A stretch of 64,000 nt of DNA from Longimicrobiales bacterium (GTDB lineage Bacteria; Gemmatimonadota; Gemmatimonadetes; Longimicrobiales; Gaopeijiaceae), in assembly GCA_965219445.1 (NCBI GenBank), contig CBDCNQ010000005.1, forward strand, positions 32,001 through 96,000, given 5' to 3'. The number at the start of each line of letters is the position of its first letter. Position 1 is the first letter of the stretch. The notes under the pieces were generated by a model. That model was not told the DNA's origin and made no database searches. It saw only the letters and a program-made list of their open reading frames with translations. Of the stretch, positions 20,755 to 30,162 are shown in pieces. The translations under genes were made by a program, and so were the position numbers.

Positions 20755-20993
20755 GAGACGGTGGTCGAGTCGCAGTGGAAGACTACGAAGCGCGAGTCGG
20801 GCTTCAGCTCGAAGCGCTCGTTAGGTGGGAGCTGCGTGAGCTCGTCGCCGAGCCTGAGTACCAGGATGGCCTCGGCGGGGTTTTCGCCCGCCAGTTCCAG
20901 GAGCTGCGCGGCCGTATAGATGCCAGGCTCGAGTTCGCACTTCTGCTGGTCGATGGAAATCGTAACCAGCTCCTTGTCCTTGGTTGCAACCAT
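20751..20993 (-). CDS. ubiquitin-like beta-grasp protein (multi-ubiquitin type)
   Basis: 80 aa, ISID......GIYTAAQLLELAG...FELKPDSRF pattern; GGAGG RBS; first gene of the E2/E1 operon. Confidence 0.75.
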   Translation of the reverse strand: MVATKDKELVTISIDQQKCELEPGIYTAAQLLELAGENPAEAILVLRLGDELTQLPPNERFELKPDSRFVVFHCDSTTVS

Positions 20994-21131
20994 GTTCGCC
21001 TCCGTGGTTCGGGGTGGTGCGGTCTCTCACCCCTATCAATCTCCACACCGGCAACGGAGTGAACCTCTTCGGCAGGGTTCACACTTTCCGGGGTACGTGA
21101 GATTTACCAAGTAGGAGGATGTGCAACCGCC

Positions 21132-21860
21132 TTGGAGGGCTCGGCCGTGGCTCGACTGCCTAGATCTGTCAGCGAGATTGCCGAACTCGATGGACTCCGT
21201 CCGTCCGATCTACTCCGCCGGGTTCATGAGAGAGGCCGCGAGCTCGGCCTCGAGACGCTCGCCTATCTGGTCCGGAAGGGTCATGGGTCGGGAGACCACG
21301 ACTTGGTTCGGGAGGCCGCCGAGCACATTCTCCGGGACCTCACGCTCAAACTGATCGCCCAAAAAGCGGCGCGTAAGTGGAAGTTCGATTGGGAGGACGT
21401 GTACCAGGGAGCGCTGGCGGTGATGTGGAAGGACTTCATTACGAAACAAGGCGTCCCGCTGATCTACTGGGAAGAACGCTTCTACGGGGCCTTCAAGAAG
21501 AAGTGCCTAACCATCGTCAAGCGGATGAATCGGCGTAGGGCACGCGAAGACAAACTCCAGCAGGAGCTCGTACAAGAGGTGGGCCAGGGTGATCTTGTGG
21601 ATGTCGAAGATACGGTGCGAACACTCGATCCTCGTGCTATTGTTCCCGTCTTGCGTGGTTTGAGTCCGAAGCAGCAGCAGGCGGTGGTGCTCGCATGGTG
21701 CGAGGGGCGGCCGATTTCTGGAGAGGAGGGATCGGTGTCACAAACCATGGGCATCAGCCCCAGCATGGTTCATCGACATTTGCGGCTAGCGGTGGCAAAG
21801 ATCGCCGAGCTGCGCGAAGCGGACCCCGAACTCCGCCAGCTGCTCAGGCTGAAGGAGTGA
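21132..21860 (+). CDS. ECF-like sigma-70 factor
   Basis: Region-2-like WEDVYQ...W; region-4 LRGLSPKQQQAVVL...SVSQTMGISPSMVHRHLRLA. Confidence 0.7.
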   Translation: MEGSAVARLPRSVSEIAELDGLRPSDLLRRVHERGRELGLETLAYLVRKGHGSGDHDLVREAAEHILRDLTLKLIAQKAARKWKFDWEDVYQGALAVMWKDFITKQGVPLIYWEERFYGAFKKKCLTIVKRMNRRRAREDKLQQELVQEVGQGDLVDVEDTVRTLDPRAIVPVLRGLSPKQQQAVVLAWCEGRPISGEEGSVSQTMGISPSMVHRHLRLAVAKIAELREADPELRQLLRLKE

Positions 21861-21863
21861 CCC

Positions 21864-22784
21864 GTGATCGAGGTCGACCTGCCAATGACCGACGTAAATG
21901 GGGTGCTAGACCAGCTGGTCGAGGAATTCGAGTCTGGAGCTAATCCAGACATCGCGTCCTACGTGCGCCAGCATCCCGAGCATCGCGAGGAGCTCCTGGA
22001 TTTCTGGGTGGTGCTTTCTACTTCATCCCGCCTGACAGACGAGGAGTTCGCCGAGTCACTGCGAGATACACTGAGCGATGCCGACAGAGACAGCGTTCGC
22101 GATCTACTCCTCGCCGCGTCCCTCGGACCCGAGCTGCTGGAGCGGGCCGACGAAGAGAGGGATGATCAAGCGGCGAAGATCGGAGCGGAACTCGAACGGC
22201 TCCGAGCGATCTCTCACACGTTTCCCGGCAAGGCGCCCATCACGTTTCGCCGTATGGCTGTGTATGCCTGGATCACAGGGATTCTGACGGAGGAGGCCGG
22301 ATACGGCGTGTCACGACTGCGGGTCCAGAAAGTCGCATACCTGCTGGAGCACGGGCTATCACTCGGTATTTTTCGGAAGCACGCGAAGCATCCCTATGGT
22401 CCATACGATCCGTCCCTCACCTATCGGGATGCTGAGCCTGGCTGTCTCAAGGAGGGGTACCTTCAGAAGAGCGATGGCGGCCTACTTGAGCCGGGGCCAA
22501 AGCTCGCGAAAGCGCAGAACTACGCTCGGCGCTATCTTCGGGAGGAGTCGGTCGCACGAGCGTTGGTACTTCACGTGAGCGGCCTAGACGAGTGGTCTCT
22601 CGAGACCCTGACCACCGTTCATTCCGTGGTTGCGGAGATGGCTCGCTCCACTGTGGATGCGAAAGCAGTCAGCCAAGCAATCAGGGCCGACGCGAAGTGG
22701 CAGAGCAAGCTTCATCGGGACAATTTCACGACCAAGAGGATCGTGGAGGCCTTGCGAGTCCTCTCACTTCTAAGAATGGCCTAG
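21864..22784 (+). CDS. putative anti-sigma partner with C-terminal YwgA/SocA/DarG-C-like domain
   Basis: N-terminal PDIASYVRQHPEHREEL helical motif; RVQKVAYLL...YGPYD...LETLTTVH. Confidence 0.55.
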   Translation: MIEVDLPMTDVNGVLDQLVEEFESGANPDIASYVRQHPEHREELLDFWVVLSTSSRLTDEEFAESLRDTLSDADRDSVRDLLLAASLGPELLERADEERDDQAAKIGAELERLRAISHTFPGKAPITFRRMAVYAWITGILTEEAGYGVSRLRVQKVAYLLEHGLSLGIFRKHAKHPYGPYDPSLTYRDAEPGCLKEGYLQKSDGGLLEPGPKLAKAQNYARRYLREESVARALVLHVSGLDEWSLETLTTVHSVVAEMARSTVDAKAVSQAIRADAKWQSKLHRDNFTTKRIVEALRVLSLLRMA

Positions 22785-22963
22785 GCGGCTATAGCATCGC
22801 GGGGCCGCCGTACGATTCTCCCTAGGGTGATGCAGGTTGCACCCATCGGCAGGGGCTTCCGTCGTTAGTGGCGGACACGAAACGTTGGGCTGTCCTCGGG
22901 TAGGCGCGTACCTCCGTCTTAGAACCGGTCTGTGCTGACGTTCGCGTGGCCGAGTTTCCGGGA

Positions 22964-23200
22964 TCACTTCAATGACGTCGCATCCGTGGCGAAGCAATCG
23001 ATCGCCGCCCGGGAGCGCAAGGTCCGCTGGAACTCCTTCAGCTCGACGATCCGCTCGAGCCCGGCCTGGAGATCCCCGTACTCGTCGAGCGTGCGGTCGT
23101 CCCCCTCGAGGATGGCACGCTCGATACGGGCGATCTCGCGACGGGCCGCCTCTCTGGACTCGGATGGGCCGGAAGAGTCGGATGCGCGGGCACACACCCG
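22964..23200 (-). pseudogene. 3' fragment of a Rep-like paralogue of 32495-33469
   Basis: REIARIERAILEGD..LDEYGDLQAGL matches KELARIEEAILAGA..LEEYGGLQAAM. Confidence 0.7.
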
Positions 23201-23441
23201 CTGTGCCGGCGGAGTACCGGTGGCACGATTCACGGCAAGAAATCGTCTAAGTTCAACCAGAACTTTGCTGATGACGTTCCAAGATGGCCCGTAACGACCC
23301 GTAGTGACCCTATAACCTCTGAAACTACAGTGTGTTGCGTTACACAAGCTGTGCCAGTTCGTCTATTACTGTGCCGGGACACCTATTGTATTCTCCCTTG
23401 AATAGTGTCCTATAAAGTGATCCACAGCACGGGAGAATACG

Positions 23442-24596
23442 ATGACACGGCGACCGGCAACCCTTACTGCCGCCTTCGTACGGACGGTGAGCAAGCCCGG
23501 CGTTTACGGCGACGGACGCGGCTCGCGCGGCCTGAGCTTGCGCGTTCACCGGATGAAGAGCGACCGGCTCTCGCGCACATGGAGGCAACGGTTGCGGGTC
23601 GCGGGGCGGCTGACGACGACCGGGCTCGGCCGGTTTCCCGAAGTCTCGTTGGCGGAAGCCCGGCACAAGGCCATTGAGAACGCGCGGGCCATCGGCCAGG
23701 GTGTGGACCCGCGCGGCGGCGGCGTCCCGACGTTTCGCGAAGCCGCCGAAGAGACGATCCGGCTACACGCCGAATCGTGGAAAGCCGGCTCGCCGCTCCC
23801 CGGGGAATGGCACTCGACGTTGAGGCTGTACGCCACGCCGATCCGGGACAAGCCGGTGGACCGGATCACGTCGGGCGACGTGCTGGCGTGTCTCCGGCCG
23901 GTATGGAACGTGAAGCCAGCCGCCGCGCGGAAAGCCCGGAACCGGCTCCGCGCGGCATTTCGCTGGTGCGTTGGACAAGGCTACATCTCGACGAATCCCG
24001 TGGACCGCGCAGTGGCTGCGCTCCCGAAGGTCAACGGCAACGGCACGACGCACCATCGCGCGCTCCCGCACGGTGAGGTTCCGGACGCGCTCCGGCGCAT
24101 TCGGTCGGCCAACACGCAGGCATCCGCGCGGCTCGCCGTCGAGCTGATCGTCTTGACGGCGGCGCGCTCCGGCGAAGCGCGCGCCGCGACGTGGGACGAA
24201 ATCGACACGGCGGCGAAGGTTTGGACGATCCCGCCGGCGAGAATGAAAGCCGGCCGGGAGCATCGCGTGCCGCTGTCCAGCGGCGCGCTCGACGTGCTGC
24301 TGCGCGCCAGCGAGCTTGCCGGCGATTCGCCGTTCGTCTTCCCGATGCGGGCCGGCCGCGCGCTGTCCTCGAAATCCACTTACCGGGTGCTCCAGCTGGC
24401 CGGTGTCACCGGGACGACGCTGCACGGTTTCCGAACGTCGATTCGTGTCTGGATGGCCGAGACCGGCGTGGACCGCGAGACGGCGGAAGCCGTGTTGGCT
24501 CACGTCGTGCGCGGCACCGAGGGCGCGTACATGAGATCGGACCTGCTGGCGCGCCGGTGCGAAGTCATGCAGGCATGGAGCGACTATGTCGCATAG
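23442..24596 (+). CDS. P4-like tyrosine integrase, paralogue of 1169-2344
   Basis: GDGRGSRGLSLRV, GLGRFPEVSLAEAR, TAARSGE, HGFR, AH, GAYMR. Confidence 0.93.
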   Translation: MTRRPATLTAAFVRTVSKPGVYGDGRGSRGLSLRVHRMKSDRLSRTWRQRLRVAGRLTTTGLGRFPEVSLAEARHKAIENARAIGQGVDPRGGGVPTFREAAEETIRLHAESWKAGSPLPGEWHSTLRLYATPIRDKPVDRITSGDVLACLRPVWNVKPAAARKARNRLRAAFRWCVGQGYISTNPVDRAVAALPKVNGNGTTHHRALPHGEVPDALRRIRSANTQASARLAVELIVLTAARSGEARAATWDEIDTAAKVWTIPPARMKAGREHRVPLSSGALDVLLRASELAGDSPFVFPMRAGRALSSKSTYRVLQLAGVTGTTLHGFRTSIRVWMAETGVDRETAEAVLAHVVRGTEGAYMRSDLLARRCEVMQAWSDYVA

Positions 24597-24635
24597 TACG
24601 CGGAGGGAGCGGAGCGAGTGGAGCGGGGGCTCCCC

Positions 24636-24690
24636 CAAAGTGTGCCCTTTTCAACGGCCAGAAGTGTGCATTTTTCAGTGGCCATTGACA
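24636..24690. mobile_element. solo IS21-family end
   Basis: Minus strand TGTCAATGGCCACTGAAAAATGCACACTT followed by an internal repeat TGGCCGTTGAAAAGGGCACACTT. Confidence 0.65.
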
Positions 24691-24850
24691 CCGAGTGCCG
24701 ACTAGGCCCTGCCACAGCTGTTCGGCCCCTGCGACACAGGCTGTCTCAATTGCGGCAATTTCGCCGCGGGCAGACTCTCAGATGTACCGACTCTCACGTT
24801 GCTTGCAACGCAATCGACGTATAGGCTTGTAGTAGACAGGAGGTGTGACC

Positions 24851-25096
24851 ATGGCGAGTATCACGATCCGCAACCTGGACAACGACGTAAAGACCCGACT
24901 TCGGGTACGGGCGGCCTCCAACGGCCGGTCGATGGAAGAGGAGGTTCGGCGCATCCTTGCCGAAGCGGTCGAGCGGAATACCGCTCCGGCGCAGGGGCTC
25001 GGGACAGCACTCCACGAGCTGTTCAAGCCCTTCGGCGGCGTTGAGCTGGAACTGCCTCCGCGCGAACCGATGCGCGAGCCGCCGCGTTTCGAGTGA
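24851..25096 (+). CDS. FitA-like ribbon-helix-helix antitoxin
   Basis: MASITIRNLD..VK.RLRVRAA.NGRSMEEEVRRIL. Confidence 0.9.
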   Translation: MASITIRNLDNDVKTRLRVRAASNGRSMEEEVRRILAEAVERNTAPAQGLGTALHELFKPFGGVELELPPREPMREPPRFE

Positions 25097-25530
25097 GCCT
25101 AGTGGTGATGGTCGTGATCGATACCAATATCGTTTCGGAGTTGATGCGCGCCGAACCGAGCGCAGAGGTTCTGGACTGGATGGACACCCGGATGAGGCAA
25201 GGTTTGTTCGTGACGGCGGTCACGGAGGCGGAGGTTCGGGCCGGTATCGCGTTTCTGCCCGAGGGCAGACGCCGCCGGGGCCTTGAGGCAGCTTGCGAGC
25301 GTGCTTTCGGCGGCTTGTTCGGCGGACGGGTCCTGCCATTCGACAGTGCTGCGGCACACGCCTATGCGGAGATCGTAGCGTCACGTCGCTCGATCGGGCG
25401 TCCGGCTTCTCAAGCAGACTGCCAGATCGCGGCGATCGCGGCGTCTCGCAGCATGGCGGTGGCGACGCGCAACGTTCGCGACTTCGAGAATATGGGAATC
25501 GAGGTGGTGGATCCCTGGGCAGCGGAATGA
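25093..25530 (+). CDS. vapC: FitB/VapC PIN-domain toxin
   Basis: IDTNIVSE, TEAE, DCQIAAIA, ATRNVRDF. Confidence 0.9.
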   Translation: MSLVVMVVIDTNIVSELMRAEPSAEVLDWMDTRMRQGLFVTAVTEAEVRAGIAFLPEGRRRRGLEAACERAFGGLFGGRVLPFDSAAAHAYAEIVASRRSIGRPASQADCQIAAIAASRSMAVATRNVRDFENMGIEVVDPWAAE

Positions 25531-25574
25531 GCGGTACGACCGAAGCCTTCTCCCGCGTAAAGATCGATGCTCTG
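25527..25574 (+). pseudogene. 5' stub resembling a type I restriction subunit (HsdR) start
   Basis: MSGTTEAFSRVKIDAL overlaps the toxin stop and is cut by an IS fragment. Confidence 0.4.
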
Positions 25575-25750
25575 GCCCTGGCGCCGCGCGGCGATCGCCT
25601 GCACGCTGTCCCGCTCGCGCAGGGCCTCCGGCGCTACCCGCGCCTTAAACTCCGCCGTGAACCGTCGTCTCTTCCTGGCCATCTCGGTGCCTCCTCTTCC
25701 GACTTGGAATCCACCCTAACGACCTGTCCCCCAAAAACGGGACCACCTCA
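25575..25750 (-). mobile_element. IS3-family left end and orfA fragment
   Basis: TGAGGTGGTCCCGTTTTTGGGGGACAG end; MARKRRRFTAEFKARVA. Confidence 0.75.
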
Positions 25751-25898
25751 GCGCTTCGCGTCGCCGAGGGTTGGGTCTCCGACGAGGTCGTGCCAGTGCT
25801 CATATCGGCCTCCACAACATCAGACCCGGCATGAATAACGCGGGCTAACATTCAAACTGGACCAGTCAGCGGGGGCCGGTCACCGGAAGGATGAACCG

Positions 25899-26276
25899 AT
25901 GTCAGAAGAAGCCGAGAAACCTGATCTCAAACTGGTGACGAAGTCGCTACTGGACGTCGCCGTCGAATCTTGGCGTTTCGGCAAGGTATTCGATCGACTT
26001 CTGCTGAAAACGGATGCGGGGGAACAAGACAGGTACCGGGGACAGTTTCGTTGGTTCCAGAGAAAACTGGAAGACTCGCTCACGGACGCAGGGATGCGGA
26101 TCGTGAATGTAGAGGGTCACGCATTTGACCCGGGAATAGCGGCGACGCCACTGAACATAGAGGAATTTGGTTCTGAAGACGCGCTGGTTGTAGACCAGAT
26201 GCTCGAACCGATCATTATGGGACCAGACGGCGTCGTTAGAACTGGGACTGTCACGCTCAGGAAGGTGGAGTCATGA
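25899..26276 (+). CDS. GrpE-like protein
   Basis: EGHAFDPG...VVDQMLEPIIMG.DGVVRTGTVTL resembles the GrpE head domain; ATGA overlap with Hsp70. Confidence 0.65.
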   Translation: MSEEAEKPDLKLVTKSLLDVAVESWRFGKVFDRLLLKTDAGEQDRYRGQFRWFQRKLEDSLTDAGMRIVNVEGHAFDPGIAATPLNIEEFGSEDALVVDQMLEPIIMGPDGVVRTGTVTLRKVES

Positions 26277-28765
26277 ATAACCACATCGGTATCGACCTGG
26301 GCACCACGAACAGTGCGATCTGTTCATACGACGGCGACCTGACCCGCATCTGGAAGAGTCCAGAGCAGAATGATGTCACTCCGTCCGTGATCTATATCGA
26401 CCGGCGGGGTAACAAGTATGTCGGGAAGCGCGCGTACGACTCGGCGCCTCATAGCCCAGACAACGCGGCAATGCTTTTTAAACGCCTCATGGGTACCAGC
26501 ACACCCATCAAGTTGTCTGCCGTGGGCATCACCATGACTCCCGAGGAGTGTTCGGCGGAAATTCTCCGGGTGCTGTTTGGCTATCTGCCAGAGGAACTCC
26601 GCAACGACCCGCATGTAGGAACCGTCATCACCGTGCCCGCGGCGTTTAATCAGATGCAGAAGAACGCCACGATGCAGGCTGCGGAGCTCGCGGGCATCGG
26701 CCGGGTTGCGCTGATGCAGGAGCCTGTGGCGGCAGTCATGAGCGTTATGAAGGCACGCAACGCGGATGGCATCTTCGTTGTCTATGACCTTGGCGGAGGC
26801 ACGCTGGATATTGCATTGGCGGAGAGCCTTGGCGGTCGGATCAACCTGCTCGCGCATGGAGGCATTGCGATGTGCGGCGGGCGAGACTTCGACCGCCTGA
26901 TCGTCGACAACGTCATCAAACCCTGGTTGTTCGAGAATTTCGACCTGCCCGAAGACTTGTCGACCAAACCAGACTACAAGTCGTTGTTACGACTGGCGGC
27001 GTGGGCGTCTGAGCAGGCAAAGATCGAGCTTTCCGCACGCGAGGAAGCAATCATCAGTCTGTCAGAAACGGAAGCCCGCGTTCGGGACCAGTCCAATCAG
27101 GACATCTATGTCGACATCGCGGTAGCTCGGAGCACCCTCGACAGCCTCGTTGAAGAAAAGGTCGGTGAATCAATCGAGGCAGCAAGGGAGACGCTCGCCA
27201 AGGCGGGACTCAGCCCTCATGACGTTGAACGTGTCGTCTTCATTGGTGGCCCTACCAATTACAAGCCGCTGCGTGACATGGTTTCGTTCGAGCTGGGGAT
27301 TCCTGCGAGCGCCGAAGTGAATCCTATGATGGCAGTCGCGGAGGGTGCCGCCCTTTTTGCGGAGTCCATCGACTGGCGCTCCGAGAACCGCGGCCGCAAG
27401 AGCAACCGCGGCAGGCTCGCTTCGACGGGAGCGCTTGACCTGACCTTCAACTACACAGCCCGTACGCCGGACTCGCGGGCGAAGATCGTCGTCCAGATCA
27501 GAGGTGAAGTCATGCCGGGGGCCGAGTTCCAGGTTGACAGCCTGGATACCGGCTGGACGTCCGGTCGGCTTTCTCTGAAAGACGGTGCGGCCGTCGATGT
27601 ATCCCTGTCAAAGAGTGGAGAGAACGCTTTCAAGGTGTTCGTGTTCGATTATGCCGGTGGCCCGCTGGCGCTCGAGCAGGACAAGATCGTCATTACACGG
27701 ACCGCGGCGACAGTCGATGCTATTCCCGCGTCCCACTCGATTGGGATCGCAGTCCTCGAGAAGCTAGGGGGCTCCCCAACCATCGAATGGCTTGTACGGG
27801 AGGGAGACCAGTTGCCGAAGAAAGGCACCACCATTTTCAAGGCGGGTGAGTCATTGAAGGCCGGTAGCCCCGGCTCTCTCAACTTCAAATTGTTGGAAGG
27901 CGAAAGCGACGATCCTTCTGACAATCGGTTTATTGGACTCCTAAAGATCACCGGTAGCGATTTCGACGATGGAGTGATCCTCGCCGGCGGCGATCTTCAA
28001 TGCGACTTCGAGATGCTCGACTCCGGGAACATCGTATTGGAGGTTTCCGTCGAGAGCATTGGGGGGACATTCCATTCCGGAAGGAACTTCTACTCTCGCC
28101 AGGAGGGGCAGATTGACTTCAGCAGCGAATCGGCACGAGTCAGAGAAGAGGGTGAGCGGACGCTTCAGCGCCTCGAGGCAATCAATGATGTTGTCGACGA
28201 TCCGAAGCTAGAGAAGGCGCGCAGGAAGCTAGCGGCATCATCGCAGCTAGATCCGGACGAACCCGATACCGAACGTGCCCAAGAGGCCATGGAAGGAGTC
28301 GTTGAGGCACGTCACTTATTAGCACAGGTGCGCAAAGATAATCTCAAAGATATCCGACAAATGGAGCTGGACAGCGTCAGAGAATTCTTCAATGAACATA
28401 TCCGCCAGTTCGCGCGTCAAAGCGAGGAACACGCATTCGGCAACTTGGTTCGAACAGCTCAGCGGTCCATCGACCGGAACGACAAGGATTTCGAAAGCCA
28501 CCTGAACGAACTCAAGGGCAATAACTTCGATATTCTTTGGCGGACAGACTGGTTCGTCTTGGAGAAATTCAAGTGGATGCAGTCGTCGCCTCACCAATTC
28601 TCGGACCCGGCTCGGTTCAAGGAGCTGGTGGCAATCGGAATGAGGTCTCTCCAGAACGATGACATCGATGGACTGCGGCAAGTCGTCGGGCACCTTTGGC
28701 AGATTCAGATAGATACCGGATCAGATACCGATATGATCGACATCGTGAACATCATTCGGGAGTAG
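26273..28765 (+). CDS. atypical Hsp70-family protein (830 aa)
   Basis: GIDLGTTNS, TPSV, VITVPAAFN, EPVAA, YDLGGGTLD, GGRDFD, FIGGPT; inserted beta domain and long helical tail. Confidence 0.92.
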   Translation: MNNHIGIDLGTTNSAICSYDGDLTRIWKSPEQNDVTPSVIYIDRRGNKYVGKRAYDSAPHSPDNAAMLFKRLMGTSTPIKLSAVGITMTPEECSAEILRVLFGYLPEELRNDPHVGTVITVPAAFNQMQKNATMQAAELAGIGRVALMQEPVAAVMSVMKARNADGIFVVYDLGGGTLDIALAESLGGRINLLAHGGIAMCGGRDFDRLIVDNVIKPWLFENFDLPEDLSTKPDYKSLLRLAAWASEQAKIELSAREEAIISLSETEARVRDQSNQDIYVDIAVARSTLDSLVEEKVGESIEAARETLAKAGLSPHDVERVVFIGGPTNYKPLRDMVSFELGIPASAEVNPMMAVAEGAALFAESIDWRSENRGRKSNRGRLASTGALDLTFNYTARTPDSRAKIVVQIRGEVMPGAEFQVDSLDTGWTSGRLSLKDGAAVDVSLSKSGENAFKVFVFDYAGGPLALEQDKIVITRTAATVDAIPASHSIGIAVLEKLGGSPTIEWLVREGDQLPKKGTTIFKAGESLKAGSPGSLNFKLLEGESDDPSDNRFIGLLKITGSDFDDGVILAGGDLQCDFEMLDSGNIVLEVSVESIGGTFHSGRNFYSRQEGQIDFSSESARVREEGERTLQRLEAINDVVDDPKLEKARRKLAASSQLDPDEPDTERAQEAMEGVVEARHLLAQVRKDNLKDIRQMELDSVREFFNEHIRQFARQSEEHAFGNLVRTAQRSIDRNDKDFESHLNELKGNNFDILWRTDWFVLEKFKWMQSSPHQFSDPARFKELVAIGMRSLQNDDIDGLRQVVGHLWQIQIDTGSDTDMIDIVNIIRE

Positions 28766-28767
28766 CC

Positions 28768-30159
28768 ATGGCGAACGAGCGCTGGTTTCCGGCAAAGCAA
28801 GAGCTGCCTGACGGATCCAGGCTCGGCCGACTCTTGCATAGCGATTTCGATTGGCAGATTTACCGACTGGACAAGGAAAACTCGATACTGATCGTGCGGA
28901 GCAGTCTCGCGGACCGGTGGGTCGAATCTAAGCTCTTGCCCGACACGGTGTTGGGCTCATTCTCGTTTGGCAAAGAGGATTACATGGCAATATTCTCGGG
29001 GCCTGGGCAGAGACTTGAACCCGTTGCAGCGAGTGGCTCTCCGGACACCAAAGCGGACGGACTATCATTCGCGCTCAGTCTGCGCGAAACACGGAAGATC
29101 GGCGCGGAAGTACCGCTCCACGATGCGATATATGTCGAGCGCTATTCCCGGCTTCTTCCGACCTGGACAGTGTCCGAGGGGAGCTCGGATGACGAGATCC
29201 TGGGACGATGGCTGACTGGTGGAGTGGCTATACCCGCAACGTCGTTTCGTCGCCTGTCGAGCCTCCTGGGATGGCTTGGCAAACATGACGTAGCGGAGCT
29301 AGTCCAGGCTGCAGGATTCAGCGCCCCGATGGCAACAACCGCTTCGGAAGAAGAGACGAAACCATCCGTTCATCACCAGAAGTTTCACTTGTCGGGACGT
29401 CCGGTCCTCGAGACATTCTTCAACGAGCACGTTATCGACATTGTCGAAAACGCGGAACGGTACACAGCGCTTGGGATTGAATTTCCCACTGCCATCCTCC
29501 TACACGGACCACCAGGCTGCGGAAAGACTTTTGCCGTCGAGCGGCTGGTCGAGTACTTGGACTGGCCGATCTTCTATATCAATGCTAAGAGTGTGGGCAG
29601 CCCGTACATTCACGAGACCAGCAGGAAGGTTGGCGAGATCTTTGATAGGGCAATGGACGCGGCCCCATCGATGATCGTGATCGATGAGATGGAGTCCTAC
29701 CTCTCCGACCGACAGATCCACGAGTCCACTGGCCTGCACCATGTAGAAGAAGTTGCGGAATTCTTGCGGCGCATTCCGGAAGCAAACAAGCGCCATGTGC
29801 TCGTTATCGGTATGACCAACCGGCTGGATATGATCGACTCCGCCATTCGTCGAAGAGGCCGATTCGATCATGTTGTCGAAGTTGGGATGCCCTCTGCCAC
29901 AGAGGTTTCCGATCTTATTGACTCGTTGTTGGCCAAGGTGCCCATCGAAGGCGAGATAGACACGGGCGACATTGTTAAGTCATTAACCGGGATCGCGTTG
30001 TCGGACACTGCTTTTGTTGTCCGTGAGGCGGCACGACTGGCCGCACACGCCGGGAAAAGTGCTCTGGATGATGAGTCGTTGCGGCAGGCACTCGCGGGTC
30101 TCCCGGCACCCGAACCCAAGAAGCGACCCACCGTCGTCGTGCCCTATAGCACGGATTAG
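28768..30159 (+). CDS. AAA+ ATPase (classical clade) with unique N-terminal domain
   Basis: Walker A GPPGCGKT, Walker B IVIDEME, MTN...IDSAIRRRGRFD. Confidence 0.9.
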   Translation: MANERWFPAKQELPDGSRLGRLLHSDFDWQIYRLDKENSILIVRSSLADRWVESKLLPDTVLGSFSFGKEDYMAIFSGPGQRLEPVAASGSPDTKADGLSFALSLRETRKIGAEVPLHDAIYVERYSRLLPTWTVSEGSSDDEILGRWLTGGVAIPATSFRRLSSLLGWLGKHDVAELVQAAGFSAPMATTASEEETKPSVHHQKFHLSGRPVLETFFNEHVIDIVENAERYTALGIEFPTAILLHGPPGCGKTFAVERLVEYLDWPIFYINAKSVGSPYIHETSRKVGEIFDRAMDAAPSMIVIDEMESYLSDRQIHESTGLHHVEEVAEFLRRIPEANKRHVLVIGMTNRLDMIDSAIRRRGRFDHVVEVGMPSATEVSDLIDSLLAKVPIEGEIDTGDIVKSLTGIALSDTAFVVREAARLAAHAGKSALDDESLRQALAGLPAPEPKKRPTVVVPYSTD

Positions 30160-30162
30160 GCC

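Noticed and set aside
17632..20993. CBASS or Pycsar system (E1/E2/JAB plus TIR-like effector)
   Set aside because: No CD-NTase or cyclase gene is adjacent; the operon has its own Ubl, and the domain order differs from Cap2/Cap3.
25899..28765. Housekeeping grpE-dnaK
   Set aside because: The Hsp70 is 830 aa with a divergent C-terminal half, there is no HPD-containing dnaJ or hrcA, and it lies in mobile DNA.
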